Below are positions 39,884 to 48,866 of a DNA stretch of 64,000 nt, piece after piece. Each line of letters opens with the position of its first letter. Position 1 is the stretch's first letter. The stretch spans positions 1,336 through 65,335 of the forward strand of contig JBBRNW010000013.1 of assembly GCA_038230015.1 (NCBI GenBank), read 5' to 3'. A program made the translations under genes and the position numbers. A model generated the notes under the pieces. The model saw only the letters and a list, made by a program, of their open reading frames with translations. It did not search any database and was not told the origin of the DNA. Source of the DNA: Hyphomicrobiales bacterium (GTDB lineage: Bacteria > Pseudomonadota > Alphaproteobacteria > Rhizobiales > Aestuariivirgaceae).

Positions 39884-40963
39884 TTATGCGCCTTCAACGC
39901 CTTTGACGAACCAATCCATGGTTGCCAAAGCTCCATCATCTAGACGCACGCCTTTGGCCACTTTTTCTGCTCCACTTTGGTCAACGATTGGACCGGTGAA
40001 GACATCATAAGTGCCATCTTTCCAGCCCGCCTGGATTTTATCCGCCGCTGCAGCAATCTCTTTGGAAACTGAAGCATTGTAAGGTGAAATCACCACGGAT
40101 GCTTCTTTGAAGCCCCACCATGTGTCTTCGGACTTCCAGGTTCCATCAAGCACGGCTTGCGCGCGGGCAGTGTAATAGGGACCCCAGATGTCTTCGATTG
40201 CAGTCAGGTGAGCCTTGGGTGCAAACTTCGACATGTCAGCACCTTGGCCAAAACCAAAGAGACCTTTTTGTTCGCACACTTGCAAAGTTGCCGGGCTATC
40301 GGTGTGAGCGGTGATTACATCGCAGCCGAGGTTTGCCAATGTTTCGGTCGCGGCTGCTTCCTTGGCTGGGTCAAACCATGAATCGATCATGATCAGTTTC
40401 ACTTTCACATCGGGGTTTACGGCCTGAGCAGAAAGCGCAAAGGAGTTTACGCCCAATACCACTTCAGGAACCTTGAAGGAGCCAAGGTAACCGATGGTTT
40501 TGGTCTTGGTGGTCATACCGGCAATGGTGCCCAAAACGGCCCGGCCCTGATGGAAGCGCGAGTTGTAGGTTGAAACATTGGGGGCGCGTTTAAAGCCTGT
40601 GCAATGCTCAACTTTTACATCGGGGAATTCCTTGGCCAGCTGGATCGATTGATCCATAAAGCCATAGGAGGTTGTGAAAATCAGCTTATGGCCTTGCTGG
40701 GCCAAATCGCGCAAAATGGGAAGGCAGCTTGCATCTTCCTTCACGTTTTCAACGTAATTGGCTTCCACCTTGCCGCCCAGTGCTTCCACCATGGCCTTGC
40801 GGCCTTTTTCATGCGCCCAGGTCCAGCCGAAATCACCGATAGGCCCCAAATAAATAAAGCCCACCTTCAGGGGATCAGCGGCAAACGCCTTGTTGCCCGC
40901 CAGCGGCAAAGCTGTTGCAGCAGCGGCCGTTTTGATCAGGTTACGTCTCGAAATCATCGTCAT
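39884..40963 (-). CDS. BMP-family ABC solute-binding protein (purine/nucleoside), Tat-exported
   Basis: SRRNLIK twin-arginine signal; DFGWTWAHEKG, FTTSYGF, WFDP, HTDS. Confidence 0.9.
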   Translation of the reverse strand: MTMISRRNLIKTAAAATALPLAGNKAFAADPLKVGFIYLGPIGDFGWTWAHEKGRKAMVEALGGKVEANYVENVKEDASCLPILRDLAQQGHKLIFTTSYGFMDQSIQLAKEFPDVKVEHCTGFKRAPNVSTYNSRFHQGRAVLGTIAGMTTKTKTIGYLGSFKVPEVVLGVNSFALSAQAVNPDVKVKLIMIDSWFDPAKEAAATETLANLGCDVITAHTDSPATLQVCEQKGLFGFGQGADMSKFAPKAHLTAIEDIWGPYYTARAQAVLDGTWKSEDTWWGFKEASVVISPYNASVSKEIAAAADKIQAGWKDGTYDVFTGPIVDQSGAEKVAKGVRLDDGALATMDWFVKGVEGA

Positions 40964-40994
40964 CTTTCGTCTCCTTGTTAAGTTGTTCTAGTCT

Positions 40995-41918
40995 TCACGT
41001 ATTCGGCACGAATGGTTTGCCAAGGCAAGCAGGGGCCTCGCTTCCCGTTCGATCACGAAATGAAATAAGTGTCAGCACCACGATGGCCATGATATAAGGC
41101 ATCGCGGCCCAGAATTGCGACGGCAAAAATAAAAATCCGGTGGCTTTTGCGTAAAGCTCTAGCGTCATGAGCATGCCGAAAAAATAAGCGCCCACCGTCA
41201 GCCTTGTGGTCTTCCACCCGGCAAACACAACCAACGCCAAGGCAATCCAACCCCGCCCTGCCGTCATCTGTTCGGCCCACATTGTTGTGATGACCATGGA
41301 AAAGTAACTGCCTGCAATTCCCGCAAGTGCTCCGCCAAATGCTATTGCTGCATAACGGATGCCGATTACTGAATATCCAATTGAATGGGCTGAGGTGTCA
41401 TTTTCACCCACCGCGCGCAACACCAGACCGGCACGTGTGCTTTTCAGAAACCAGCCGACTGCAAACACAATGATCAACGCCAGATAGACCAGCGGACTGT
41501 AGCCAAAGAGCACGCGCCAAAATGGATCGCGCGCCAGCACATCGGGAAAGATTGACGTAAACGGCGGAACGATGATGCCAACAAAGCCTGCACCGATCAG
41601 CGTTGAAAGGCCGATGCCGAAAATTGCCAGTGCCAACCCCGTTGCCACCTGGTTTGAACCCAATGACAATACCAAAACACCAAACACCATGGAGGCTGCG
41701 GCCCCAGCTGCTGCTGCCGCCAAAACACCAAGCCACGGATTGAATGTGGTGAAGGTGACTGCAAAACCAGTAACCGCACCCACCAGCATCATGCCTTCAA
41801 CACCCAGATTGAGCACACCGCTTTTTTCCACCACCAGCTCGCCCGTTGCTGCAAGCAGGATTGGGGTTGAAATGCCAACGATGGTGATAATGGCTGAAAT
41901 GATAAAATCCATGGTCAT
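40995..41918 (-). CDS. Nucleoside/purine ABC permease 2
   Basis: EKSGVLNLGVEGMM; LRAVGEN; AGRGWIALALV. Confidence 0.9.
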   Translation of the reverse strand: MTMDFIISAIITIVGISTPILLAATGELVVEKSGVLNLGVEGMMLVGAVTGFAVTFTTFNPWLGVLAAAAAGAAASMVFGVLVLSLGSNQVATGLALAIFGIGLSTLIGAGFVGIIVPPFTSIFPDVLARDPFWRVLFGYSPLVYLALIIVFAVGWFLKSTRAGLVLRAVGENDTSAHSIGYSVIGIRYAAIAFGGALAGIAGSYFSMVITTMWAEQMTAGRGWIALALVVFAGWKTTRLTVGAYFFGMLMTLELYAKATGFLFLPSQFWAAMPYIMAIVVLTLISFRDRTGSEAPACLGKPFVPNT

Positions 41919-42982
41919 GATGCGGCCCGCACAACACGCAATTTATAGCGCACCAGCACATCACCAGCCAGAATGAGAAACAACATCAACGCCTGAAAAA
42001 TGCCACCCGATGCGCTTGGCACATGCACGACGGTTTGGGCGACCTGGCCACCCACATAAGTAATGGCCAAAACAATGCCTGCAATGAACACGCCCACAGG
42101 ATGCAGGCGCCCGAGGAACGAAACGATGATCGCCGTAAAGCCATAGCCCGAGGGAAAACCCAGATTAAGCTGGCCCAATTGGCTGGTGGCTTCCAAAATT
42201 CCGGCAAGGCCTGCCATGCCGCCGCTGATAAGCAGCGTTGTCCACACGGTATGAGAGGCGTTGAAACCGGCATAACGCGCGGCACTGGGGGCAGCCCCCA
42301 CCACCCGCACTTCAAACCCATAAACAGAACGCGCGCTCACCAGCCAGAACACACCCATGAGAATAAAGGCCACCAGCAACCCCGGCGGAATAACGGTGCT
42401 GGCCAAGGCACGCGGCAACAGCTGCGCATCGGTGAAGGCTGCGGTTTGCGGAAAATTGTTGCCGTTGGGGTCTTTCCACGGCCCGGTTATCATAAAGCTC
42501 AGCAATTGCAGGGCCACGTAAACCAGCATCAAACTTGTAAGCACTTCGTTGACATTGAACCTGGTTTTGAGAAAAGCCGGAATGGCAGCCCACGCCGCAC
42601 CGCCCAAAACACCTGCACACACCATCAGCACGATGACCCACGATCCGGTCACATGCGGCGTGAGATAGGCAACCCCTGCCCCTGCAAGTGCGCCTGCAAT
42701 ATATTGCCCTTCAGCGCCGATGTTCCACACCTTGGCTTTGTTACCGAGCGACAAGCCAAGCGCTATCAAAATCAGCGGTGCTGCCCTGGTGGCCACATCC
42801 AGCCATTTGTAAGATGCAAGAATTGGGGTGAAAAACATTTCTTTCACAGTGCGCTGGCCGTCATAGCCGAGGACATCAAACAATATTGCACCAACTGCCA
42901 TGGTGAGAAGTACTGCTGCAACCGGCGTGATCAGCAACATCAGGCGGCTGGGTTCGGCGCGCTTTTCAAATTTAATGCGCAT
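41915..42982 (-). CDS. Nucleoside/purine ABC permease 1
   Basis: WNIGAEGQY; NEVLTSLML; GYGFTAIIVSFLGRLHP; probable start ATG 42982. Confidence 0.9.
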   Translation of the reverse strand: MRIKFEKRAEPSRLMLLITPVAAVLLTMAVGAILFDVLGYDGQRTVKEMFFTPILASYKWLDVATRAAPLILIALGLSLGNKAKVWNIGAEGQYIAGALAGAGVAYLTPHVTGSWVIVLMVCAGVLGGAAWAAIPAFLKTRFNVNEVLTSLMLVYVALQLLSFMITGPWKDPNGNNFPQTAAFTDAQLLPRALASTVIPPGLLVAFILMGVFWLVSARSVYGFEVRVVGAAPSAARYAGFNASHTVWTTLLISGGMAGLAGILEATSQLGQLNLGFPSGYGFTAIIVSFLGRLHPVGVFIAGIVLAITYVGGQVAQTVVHVPSASGGIFQALMLFLILAGDVLVRYKLRVVRAAS

Positions 42983-44504
42983 AAGCTGTTTCCGTTTCAC
43001 CATGAACGCCACCCATCAGCAGACCGATTTCTTCGATCGAGGCTTCGCCCACTGACATGGGCTTTGACAAGCGGCCCACATTTATCACAGCCATGGAATC
43101 ACAGAGGCTGAGCAGTTCATCAAGGTCTTGAGAAATGATCACAAGGGCAGAGCCTTGGGCCGCAAGATTAAGAAGTGCTTGATGAATGGCAGCGGCAGCC
43201 CCTGCATCCACCCCCCAGGTGGGCTGGCTGACGACAAGCACACTGGGGTTTTGCAAAATCTCGCGGCCCATAATGTATTTTTGCAAATTGCCACCTGACA
43301 GAGAGCCCGCAATGGCCCCTGCTCCTTGAGCCTTGACACCAAATGTTGTGATAATTTTCTCCGCAAATGCGGTGGCCAAAGTTGGGTTTATCAAGGCCCC
43401 TTGGACAAGGTGCATGCTGTCTCTCGCGGTCAGCACGGCATTGTCACACAATGAAAAATCTGAAACTGCGGCATGGCCATGGCGCTCTTCTGGAACTGCG
43501 CACAAGCCGTGGCTGCGCCTTGTGGTTGGTCCCGCTTTGCCAAGACTTTGACCATCCACAGTAATGGCAGACGCGTTATGTGCCAAAGTCTCGCCGCACA
43601 GGGCTTTCAGCAATTCATTCTGGCCATTTCCGGCAACGCCAGCGATGCCGAATATTTCGCCTGCTTTAACACTGAAGGAAATGTTCCGCAGCGCTGTGTC
43701 AAAATCGCCCTGTTTTGCCAGGCTCAGATCTTTGACTTCAAATTTCGCAGCGCCCATGGTTCGGGTTGCATCCTTGGCGACTTCCCTCAGGTTGGCACCG
43801 ATCATCATCTCGGCCAGTTTGCGTGAGGTTTCAGCCCGCGGATTGCAGGTGGCCACAACTTTGCCGCTCCGCATGATTGTTGCGGTATCGCACAACGCAA
43901 CGATTTCTTGCAGCTTGTGCGAGATGTACAGAATAGAGCACCCTTGATTGGCAAGTTTTCGCAAGGTTTCAAAGAGCTGGTCCACTTCCTGCGGCGTGAG
44001 CACCGATGTTGGTTCATCCATGATCAACAGTTTGGGATCAAGCAGAAGCGCTCTCACGATTTCGATGCGCTGGCGTTCGCCCACACTTAATGTTGAAACT
44101 ATTCTGTTGGGGTCAAGCGTTAGGCCATAGGTTTTCAAAACAGCAAGAATTTCGGTTTCAAGTTGGCGCTTGGATGATTTACGGTCCAAGCCAAGCGCTA
44201 TATTTTCCAGCACTGTCAGCGCTTCAAAAAGCGAAAAGTGCTGAAATACCATACCAATTCCCAATTTGCGGGCAGCCTTGGGACCTGCCATGCGCACCGG
44301 CGTGCCATTCCAAATCATGTCACCTGAATCTGGAGCCATGAGGCCGTAAATCATTTTGACGAGAGTGGATTTGCCAGCGCCGTTTTCGCCCAGCAATGCA
44401 TGGATCTCACCGGGTTTTACGGTCAAGCTTACCCGGTCATTGGCCAGAACGCCCGGAAAGCTTTTGCTAATGTCACGCAACTCCAAGCGTGCCGCATGTT
44501 CCAA
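42972..44504 (-). CDS. ABC ATP-binding protein with duplicated ATPase domain (CUT2-type)
   Basis: GENGAGKST, LSVGERQRIEI, LSGGNLQK, QPTWGVD. Confidence 0.92.
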   Translation of the reverse strand: MEHAARLELRDISKSFPGVLANDRVSLTVKPGEIHALLGENGAGKSTLVKMIYGLMAPDSGDMIWNGTPVRMAGPKAARKLGIGMVFQHFSLFEALTVLENIALGLDRKSSKRQLETEILAVLKTYGLTLDPNRIVSTLSVGERQRIEIVRALLLDPKLLIMDEPTSVLTPQEVDQLFETLRKLANQGCSILYISHKLQEIVALCDTATIMRSGKVVATCNPRAETSRKLAEMMIGANLREVAKDATRTMGAAKFEVKDLSLAKQGDFDTALRNISFSVKAGEIFGIAGVAGNGQNELLKALCGETLAHNASAITVDGQSLGKAGPTTRRSHGLCAVPEERHGHAAVSDFSLCDNAVLTARDSMHLVQGALINPTLATAFAEKIITTFGVKAQGAGAIAGSLSGGNLQKYIMGREILQNPSVLVVSQPTWGVDAGAAAAIHQALLNLAAQGSALVIISQDLDELLSLCDSMAVINVGRLSKPMSVGEASIEEIGLLMGGVHGETETAYAH

Positions 44505-44640
44505 ATTTCCACCCCGCCGATCGTCTTCCCTTGCGGCACAGCTCTTTGGCCAAGTCCGTGTTTGCAGTTATGCTTAATCTATAATCTTTTGCAAGTGCGA
44601 AGCGTTGTGGCAAGGTGGCTGTGGGAAACGGAGATGCACG

Positions 44641-45126
44641 ATGAGCCGAGACGATGAAAAACTCCTGCGCCTTTCTTTTGCGGTGGCACGTAAAGCCCGT
44701 GAGGCTGGCGACCATCCGTTTGGATGTCTTCTTGCGGATGCCGAAGGACATGTTTTAATGGAGCAAGGCAATGGCTATACTTCAGAAGGTGGGGATAGAA
44801 CCGCCCATGCTGAGCGCTTGCTGGCATCTCGCGCGGCAAAGCTTTATGCAGTGGAATTTCTGGCGGGCTGCACACTTTACACATCAGCCGAACCTTGCGC
44901 CATGTGCTCGGGCGCCATTTATTGGGCAGGCATAGGCCGCGTGGTGTTCGGGCAGACCGAGAAAGACTTGAAAGCGCAAACTGGCGATCACGAGGAAAAC
45001 CCCACACTGGATTTGCCGTGCCATATTGTTTTTGAGGCAGGCCAACGGGCAACGGAAATTGTTGGGCCTTTAATGGCGGAGGAAGCGGCCCTGTTGCAAG
45101 ATGAATTCTGGTCGAAGCGAAAATAG
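44641..45126 (+). CDS. Zn-dependent CDA-fold nucleobase/nucleoside deaminase 1
   Basis: HPFG, TAHAE, LYTSAEPCAMCSGAIYWAGI; start ATG 44641 with GGAG RBS. Confidence 0.88.
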   Translation: MSRDDEKLLRLSFAVARKAREAGDHPFGCLLADAEGHVLMEQGNGYTSEGGDRTAHAERLLASRAAKLYAVEFLAGCTLYTSAEPCAMCSGAIYWAGIGRVVFGQTEKDLKAQTGDHEENPTLDLPCHIVFEAGQRATEIVGPLMAEEAALLQDEFWSKRK

Positions 45127-45134
45127 GAGGTTCC

Positions 45135-45587
45135 ATGCTGGCTGATATTGACAAAAAATTTCTGCGCATTGCTTATGATGAAGCCAAGGCAGGATTTGAC
45201 GAAGGGGGTTGCCCGATTGGATCAGTTCTGGCGCGCGGCGACCAGATCGTGTCGCAGGGGCGAAACCAACGGGTGCAAGGTGGCGACCCGATTGCGCATG
45301 GCGAAATGGATGCGCTTCGCAAAGCGGGGCGGCAAAAAACTTATAGGGACATGACGATTTACACCTCGCTAAGCCCCTGCATGATGTGCACAGGCACGAT
45401 CATACAGTTTGGAATTCCGCGTGTAGTGATTGGTGAGAACAAAACCTTTGGCGGCAATGAAGACTTCCTGAGGTCGCGGGGCGTTGAAGTAATTGTGGCA
45501 GATGATGCTGAGTGCGTGGCCCTCATGGAGCGCTTTATCAGAGAGAAGCCTGAGCTTTGGGCCGAGGATATTGCGGAGGATATATAA
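45135..45587 (+). CDS. Zn-dependent CDA-fold deaminase 2 (yeast FCY1-like cytosine deaminase type)
   Basis: EGGCPIG, GRNQRVQ...AHGEMDAL, YTSLSPCMMCTG, GENKTF, LWAEDI. Confidence 0.85.
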   Translation: MLADIDKKFLRIAYDEAKAGFDEGGCPIGSVLARGDQIVSQGRNQRVQGGDPIAHGEMDALRKAGRQKTYRDMTIYTSLSPCMMCTGTIIQFGIPRVVIGENKTFGGNEDFLRSRGVEVIVADDAECVALMERFIREKPELWAEDIAEDI

Positions 45588-45740
45588 CAGAGCTTAACAT
45601 CGCTCTATCTAGTGTGCCGTTGCTAACTCTGGCACTTGAAACTTGCTCATATCTGAGCCATTGATAGAAAAAAGGCCTGGAAAAAAGCAGGCGGGAGACT
45701 TTCTGTAGTCATCATGGCTTGCAGTTAATGGGAGAACACA

Positions 45741-46967
45741 ATGAAATATTTGAAAACCATGACGGGTTTGGCATTTGGCCTTGCTCTTTCGGCTTCAACG
45801 GCGTTGGCTGGCGAAATCGTATTGAATTCTGACCAATCTGATCCTGCGCCGAAAAAGGCTATGGAAGAGCTGATTGCTGGTTTCGAGAAGGCCAATCCCG
45901 ACATTAAGGTGAAGTGGAACAACTTTGACCACGAAGGCTATAAATCTGCAATCCGCAACTTCTTGACGGCCGATGCCCCAGATGTTGCTGCATGGTATGC
46001 CGGCAACCGCATGGCACCATTTGTAAAAGCCGGCCTGTTTGAAGATGTGTCTGATGTTTGGAAAGATGCAGGCCTTGATGATCAACTGAAGTCTGCTGCT
46101 GCATCCATGACTATTGATGGCAAAAAGTGGGGCGTGCCCTACACCTACTATCAGTGGGGCATTTATTATAACAAGGACGTTTACAAAAAAGCGGGCTTGA
46201 CCGAGCCAAAGAATTGGGCGGAATTTGTTGCCAATTGTGAAAAGTTCAAAGCTGCTGGTGTTGATTGCGTAACCACTGGCAACAAGGGCGGCTGGCCTGC
46301 TGCTGGTATTTTCGATTACATCAACATGCGCACCAATGGTTATGAGTTCCACATGGACTTGACCGCTGGCAAGGTGAAGTGGACTGACCCCAAGGTGAAG
46401 GCCACTTTTGCGGAGTGGGCAAAGATTGTGCCTTACATGTCAGCCAATGCCAACGCCATAGATTGGCAAGATGCTGCTGCACTTTTGGCACAAGGGAAAG
46501 CTGCCAACTATGTCATGGGCAATTTTTCTGTCGCCACATTCAAGGAAGGCGGCATGACCAACGACAATCTTGGCTTCATGATATTCCCGGAAATTACTGC
46601 GGGAATTCCACGTGCCGAGGAAGCTCCAACGGATACATTCCACATTCCGTCGGGTGCAAAAAACAAGGCCGATGCTAAGAAGTTCTTGGCCTATGTTGCA
46701 TCTCCAGATGCCCAGACAGCCATGAACGCCATTCTTGGGCAGCTCCCTGTGAACAACAAGTCAAAGGCTGCTGATGATCCTTTCATCAAGGCAGGTTTTG
46801 AGGAGTTGTCGACGGCTTATGCCCTTGCGCAATTCTTTGACCGTGATGCGCCAGCTGAAATGGCAAAGGCGGGCATGGATGGCTTCCAGGAGTTCATTGG
46901 CGCACCTGACAAGATCGACGCCATTTTGGAAAAGCTGCAGAAGGTTGCCGACAAGGTTTACAAGTAA
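45741..46967 (+). CDS. Galactoside ABC solute-binding protein
   Basis: Signal peptide; DHEGYKSAIRNFL, VPYTYYQWGIYY; first gene of the galactosidase operon. Confidence 0.88.
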   Translation: MKYLKTMTGLAFGLALSASTALAGEIVLNSDQSDPAPKKAMEELIAGFEKANPDIKVKWNNFDHEGYKSAIRNFLTADAPDVAAWYAGNRMAPFVKAGLFEDVSDVWKDAGLDDQLKSAAASMTIDGKKWGVPYTYYQWGIYYNKDVYKKAGLTEPKNWAEFVANCEKFKAAGVDCVTTGNKGGWPAAGIFDYINMRTNGYEFHMDLTAGKVKWTDPKVKATFAEWAKIVPYMSANANAIDWQDAAALLAQGKAANYVMGNFSVATFKEGGMTNDNLGFMIFPEITAGIPRAEEAPTDTFHIPSGAKNKADAKKFLAYVASPDAQTAMNAILGQLPVNNKSKAADDPFIKAGFEELSTAYALAQFFDRDAPAEMAKAGMDGFQEFIGAPDKIDAILEKLQKVADKVYK

Positions 46968-46982
46968 GCTTTGCTAAAACGA

Positions 46983-47018
46983 AGGGCCGGATCATCACGG
47001 GGGCGATGGTCCGGCTTT
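46983..47018 (+). terminator. Strong hairpin after the SBP gene (mRNA-stabilising or partial terminator)
   Basis: GCCGGATCATC-8 nt-GATGGTCCGGC, an 11-bp stem extendable by AGG/TTT. Confidence 0.6.
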
Positions 47019-47033
47019 CCTTCCTCTAGTGTT

Positions 47034-47059
47034 GTCATTCCCGCGAAGGCGGGGGTGAC
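47034..47059 (+). repeat. REP-like palindrome, copy 2
   Basis: GTCATTCCCGC-GAAG-GCGGGGGTGAC. Confidence 0.7.
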
Positions 47060-47112
47060 GCATGTGTAGTGTGAGAATTCGCTTCAGCACCTATAAACAC
47101 CGCAGGCACACC

Positions 47113-48015
47113 ATGACCCAACAGGCACCGCGCAGTTTCTGGCAGAAAAACCAACTCGCACTTGCACCTTGGCTGTTTCTTGCGCCTGGCATGATCATGT
47201 TTTTGATCTATGTGATCTATCCGATTTTTCAATCCATCAATTTAAGTTTTTACGAATGGGATGGGCTGGGGGCAAAGACCTATGTGGGCTCCCAGAACTA
47301 CATTGATCTTTTGGACGATGATGCGTTTTACACTTCGCTGTGGAATAATTTGATTTGGCTGATGCTCTATCTTCTGGCCATTCCCGCCGGGCTGGCTGTG
47401 GCGTTGTTTCTTAACCAAACGGTTGCTGGCATTCGCATTTATAAATCACTGTTCTTTTTTCCATTTGTCATCAGCCAAGTTGTGGTGGGGCTCATCTTCA
47501 CCTGGTTTTATGCGCCGGGCTTTGGCATTTTACCGCATATTCTCAATTTTTTTTCAGGCACACCCACCGCAATTCTGGCGGATGAGCGCTATGCCACTTA
47601 TGGTGTCATTGCTGCAGGCCTTTGGCCGCAAACCGCTTATTGCATGATCCTCTACCTCACTGGCCTTAACAATATCAGTCCGGACCAAGTGGAAGCTGCA
47701 CGCATGGACAAGGCCAAGGGCTGGAACATGCTGTGGCATATCATTCTGCCACAATTGCGGCCTGCAACATTCATTGCACTTGTGGTGACTGTGATTGGCG
47801 CCCTGCGCTCGTTCGATTTGATTTCGATCATGACGGTGGGTGGACCGGGCGGCGCCACGCGTGTTCTATCTTACTACATGTATGAAAAATCATTCTCGGA
47901 ATATGGTTTTGCCATGGGTTACGGTGCCGCCATTGCGGTTGTGCTGTTTGCCATCATGCTGGTGTTCATCAGCCTCTTCATTGTTCGCATGTTGAGCCAG
48001 GAGAGAAACGCCTAA
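47113..48015 (+). CDS. Sugar ABC permease (MalF-type)
   Basis: EAARMDKA EAA loop, LRSFDLI; probable start ATG 47113. Confidence 0.9.
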   Translation: MTQQAPRSFWQKNQLALAPWLFLAPGMIMFLIYVIYPIFQSINLSFYEWDGLGAKTYVGSQNYIDLLDDDAFYTSLWNNLIWLMLYLLAIPAGLAVALFLNQTVAGIRIYKSLFFFPFVISQVVVGLIFTWFYAPGFGILPHILNFFSGTPTAILADERYATYGVIAAGLWPQTAYCMILYLTGLNNISPDQVEAARMDKAKGWNMLWHIILPQLRPATFIALVVTVIGALRSFDLISIMTVGGPGGATRVLSYYMYEKSFSEYGFAMGYGAAIAVVLFAIMLVFISLFIVRMLSQERNA

Positions 48016-48866
48016 TGTTTCCAAAACCCATTGCGCAAACGAGCTTATTTACGCAGCGACTTTATAAGGTCTTTTTGCCGATTGCGCTGTTGCTCTGGTT
48101 GTTGCCGCTAATCGGCATTGCCATTACATCAGTAAGACCAGGCTCCGATCTGGCAGCAGGAAATTACTTTGGCATTCCATCTGGATTTGTCGGCGTTGAA
48201 AATTACACGGCGGTGTTCAAGAACAGCAACATCGGTTCATATATTTGGAATTCATTCCGCGTCACCATTCCCACGGTGATTGGCGCTGTGGCCCTTTCGT
48301 GCCTCACGGGTTATGCGTTGGCCACCTACAAATTTCGCGGCAATCTGTTTGTGTTTTTTCTGTTCGTCGCGGGCAATTTTGTGCCATTCCAAATTCTTGC
48401 CATTCCGGTGCGCGATCTCACCCTGAAAATGGGACTTTACAATTCGATGACTGGTTTGGTGCTGTTTCACATCGCATTCCAAACTGGTTTTTGCACCTTG
48501 TTCATGCGCAACTTCATGAAGGCGCTTCCATTTGCGCTGATTGAATCTGCGCGTGTTGAAGGTGTCAGCGAATTCAGAATATTCTGGCACATCATTCTAC
48601 CATTGGTGCGGCCAGCCATGGCTGCGCTGGCCGTGTTGATTTTCACGTTTATCTGGAATGATTATTTCTGGGCCACGATCATGGCCACAAAATCAGAAGT
48701 GCGGCCTGTGACAGCTGGCATCAGTGAGCTTAAAGGCCAGTGGAAAGTGGCGTGGGAATTGATTTCGGCTGCTTCAATCGTTGCGGCTCTACCTCCTGTG
48801 GCCATGTTCTTTCTCATGCAAAAACATTTCATCGCTGGCCTCACACTTGGGGCCACCAAGGGATGA
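48015..48866 (+). CDS. Sugar ABC permease (MalG-type)
   Basis: ESARVEG, WNDYFWA, FFLMQKHFIAGLTLGATKG. Confidence 0.9.
   Translation: MFPKPIAQTSLFTQRLYKVFLPIALLLWLLPLIGIAITSVRPGSDLAAGNYFGIPSGFVGVENYTAVFKNSNIGSYIWNSFRVTIPTVIGAVALSCLTGYALATYKFRGNLFVFFLFVAGNFVPFQILAIPVRDLTLKMGLYNSMTGLVLFHIAFQTGFCTLFMRNFMKALPFALIESARVEGVSEFRIFWHIILPLVRPAMAALAVLIFTFIWNDYFWATIMATKSEVRPVTAGISELKGQWKVAWELISAASIVAALPPVAMFFLMQKHFIAGLTLGATKG

Noticed and set aside
42023-43111. 362-aa plus-strand ORF
   Set aside because: Antisense shadow of well-supported ABC permease/ATPase genes, with no motifs. The same applies to 61756..62472, 12813..13376, 45795..46352 and most short track ORFs inside real genes.
45632-45650. Sigma54 promoter upstream of the galactoside operon
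   Set aside because: TGGCAC and TTGC are 7 nt apart rather than the required 5.
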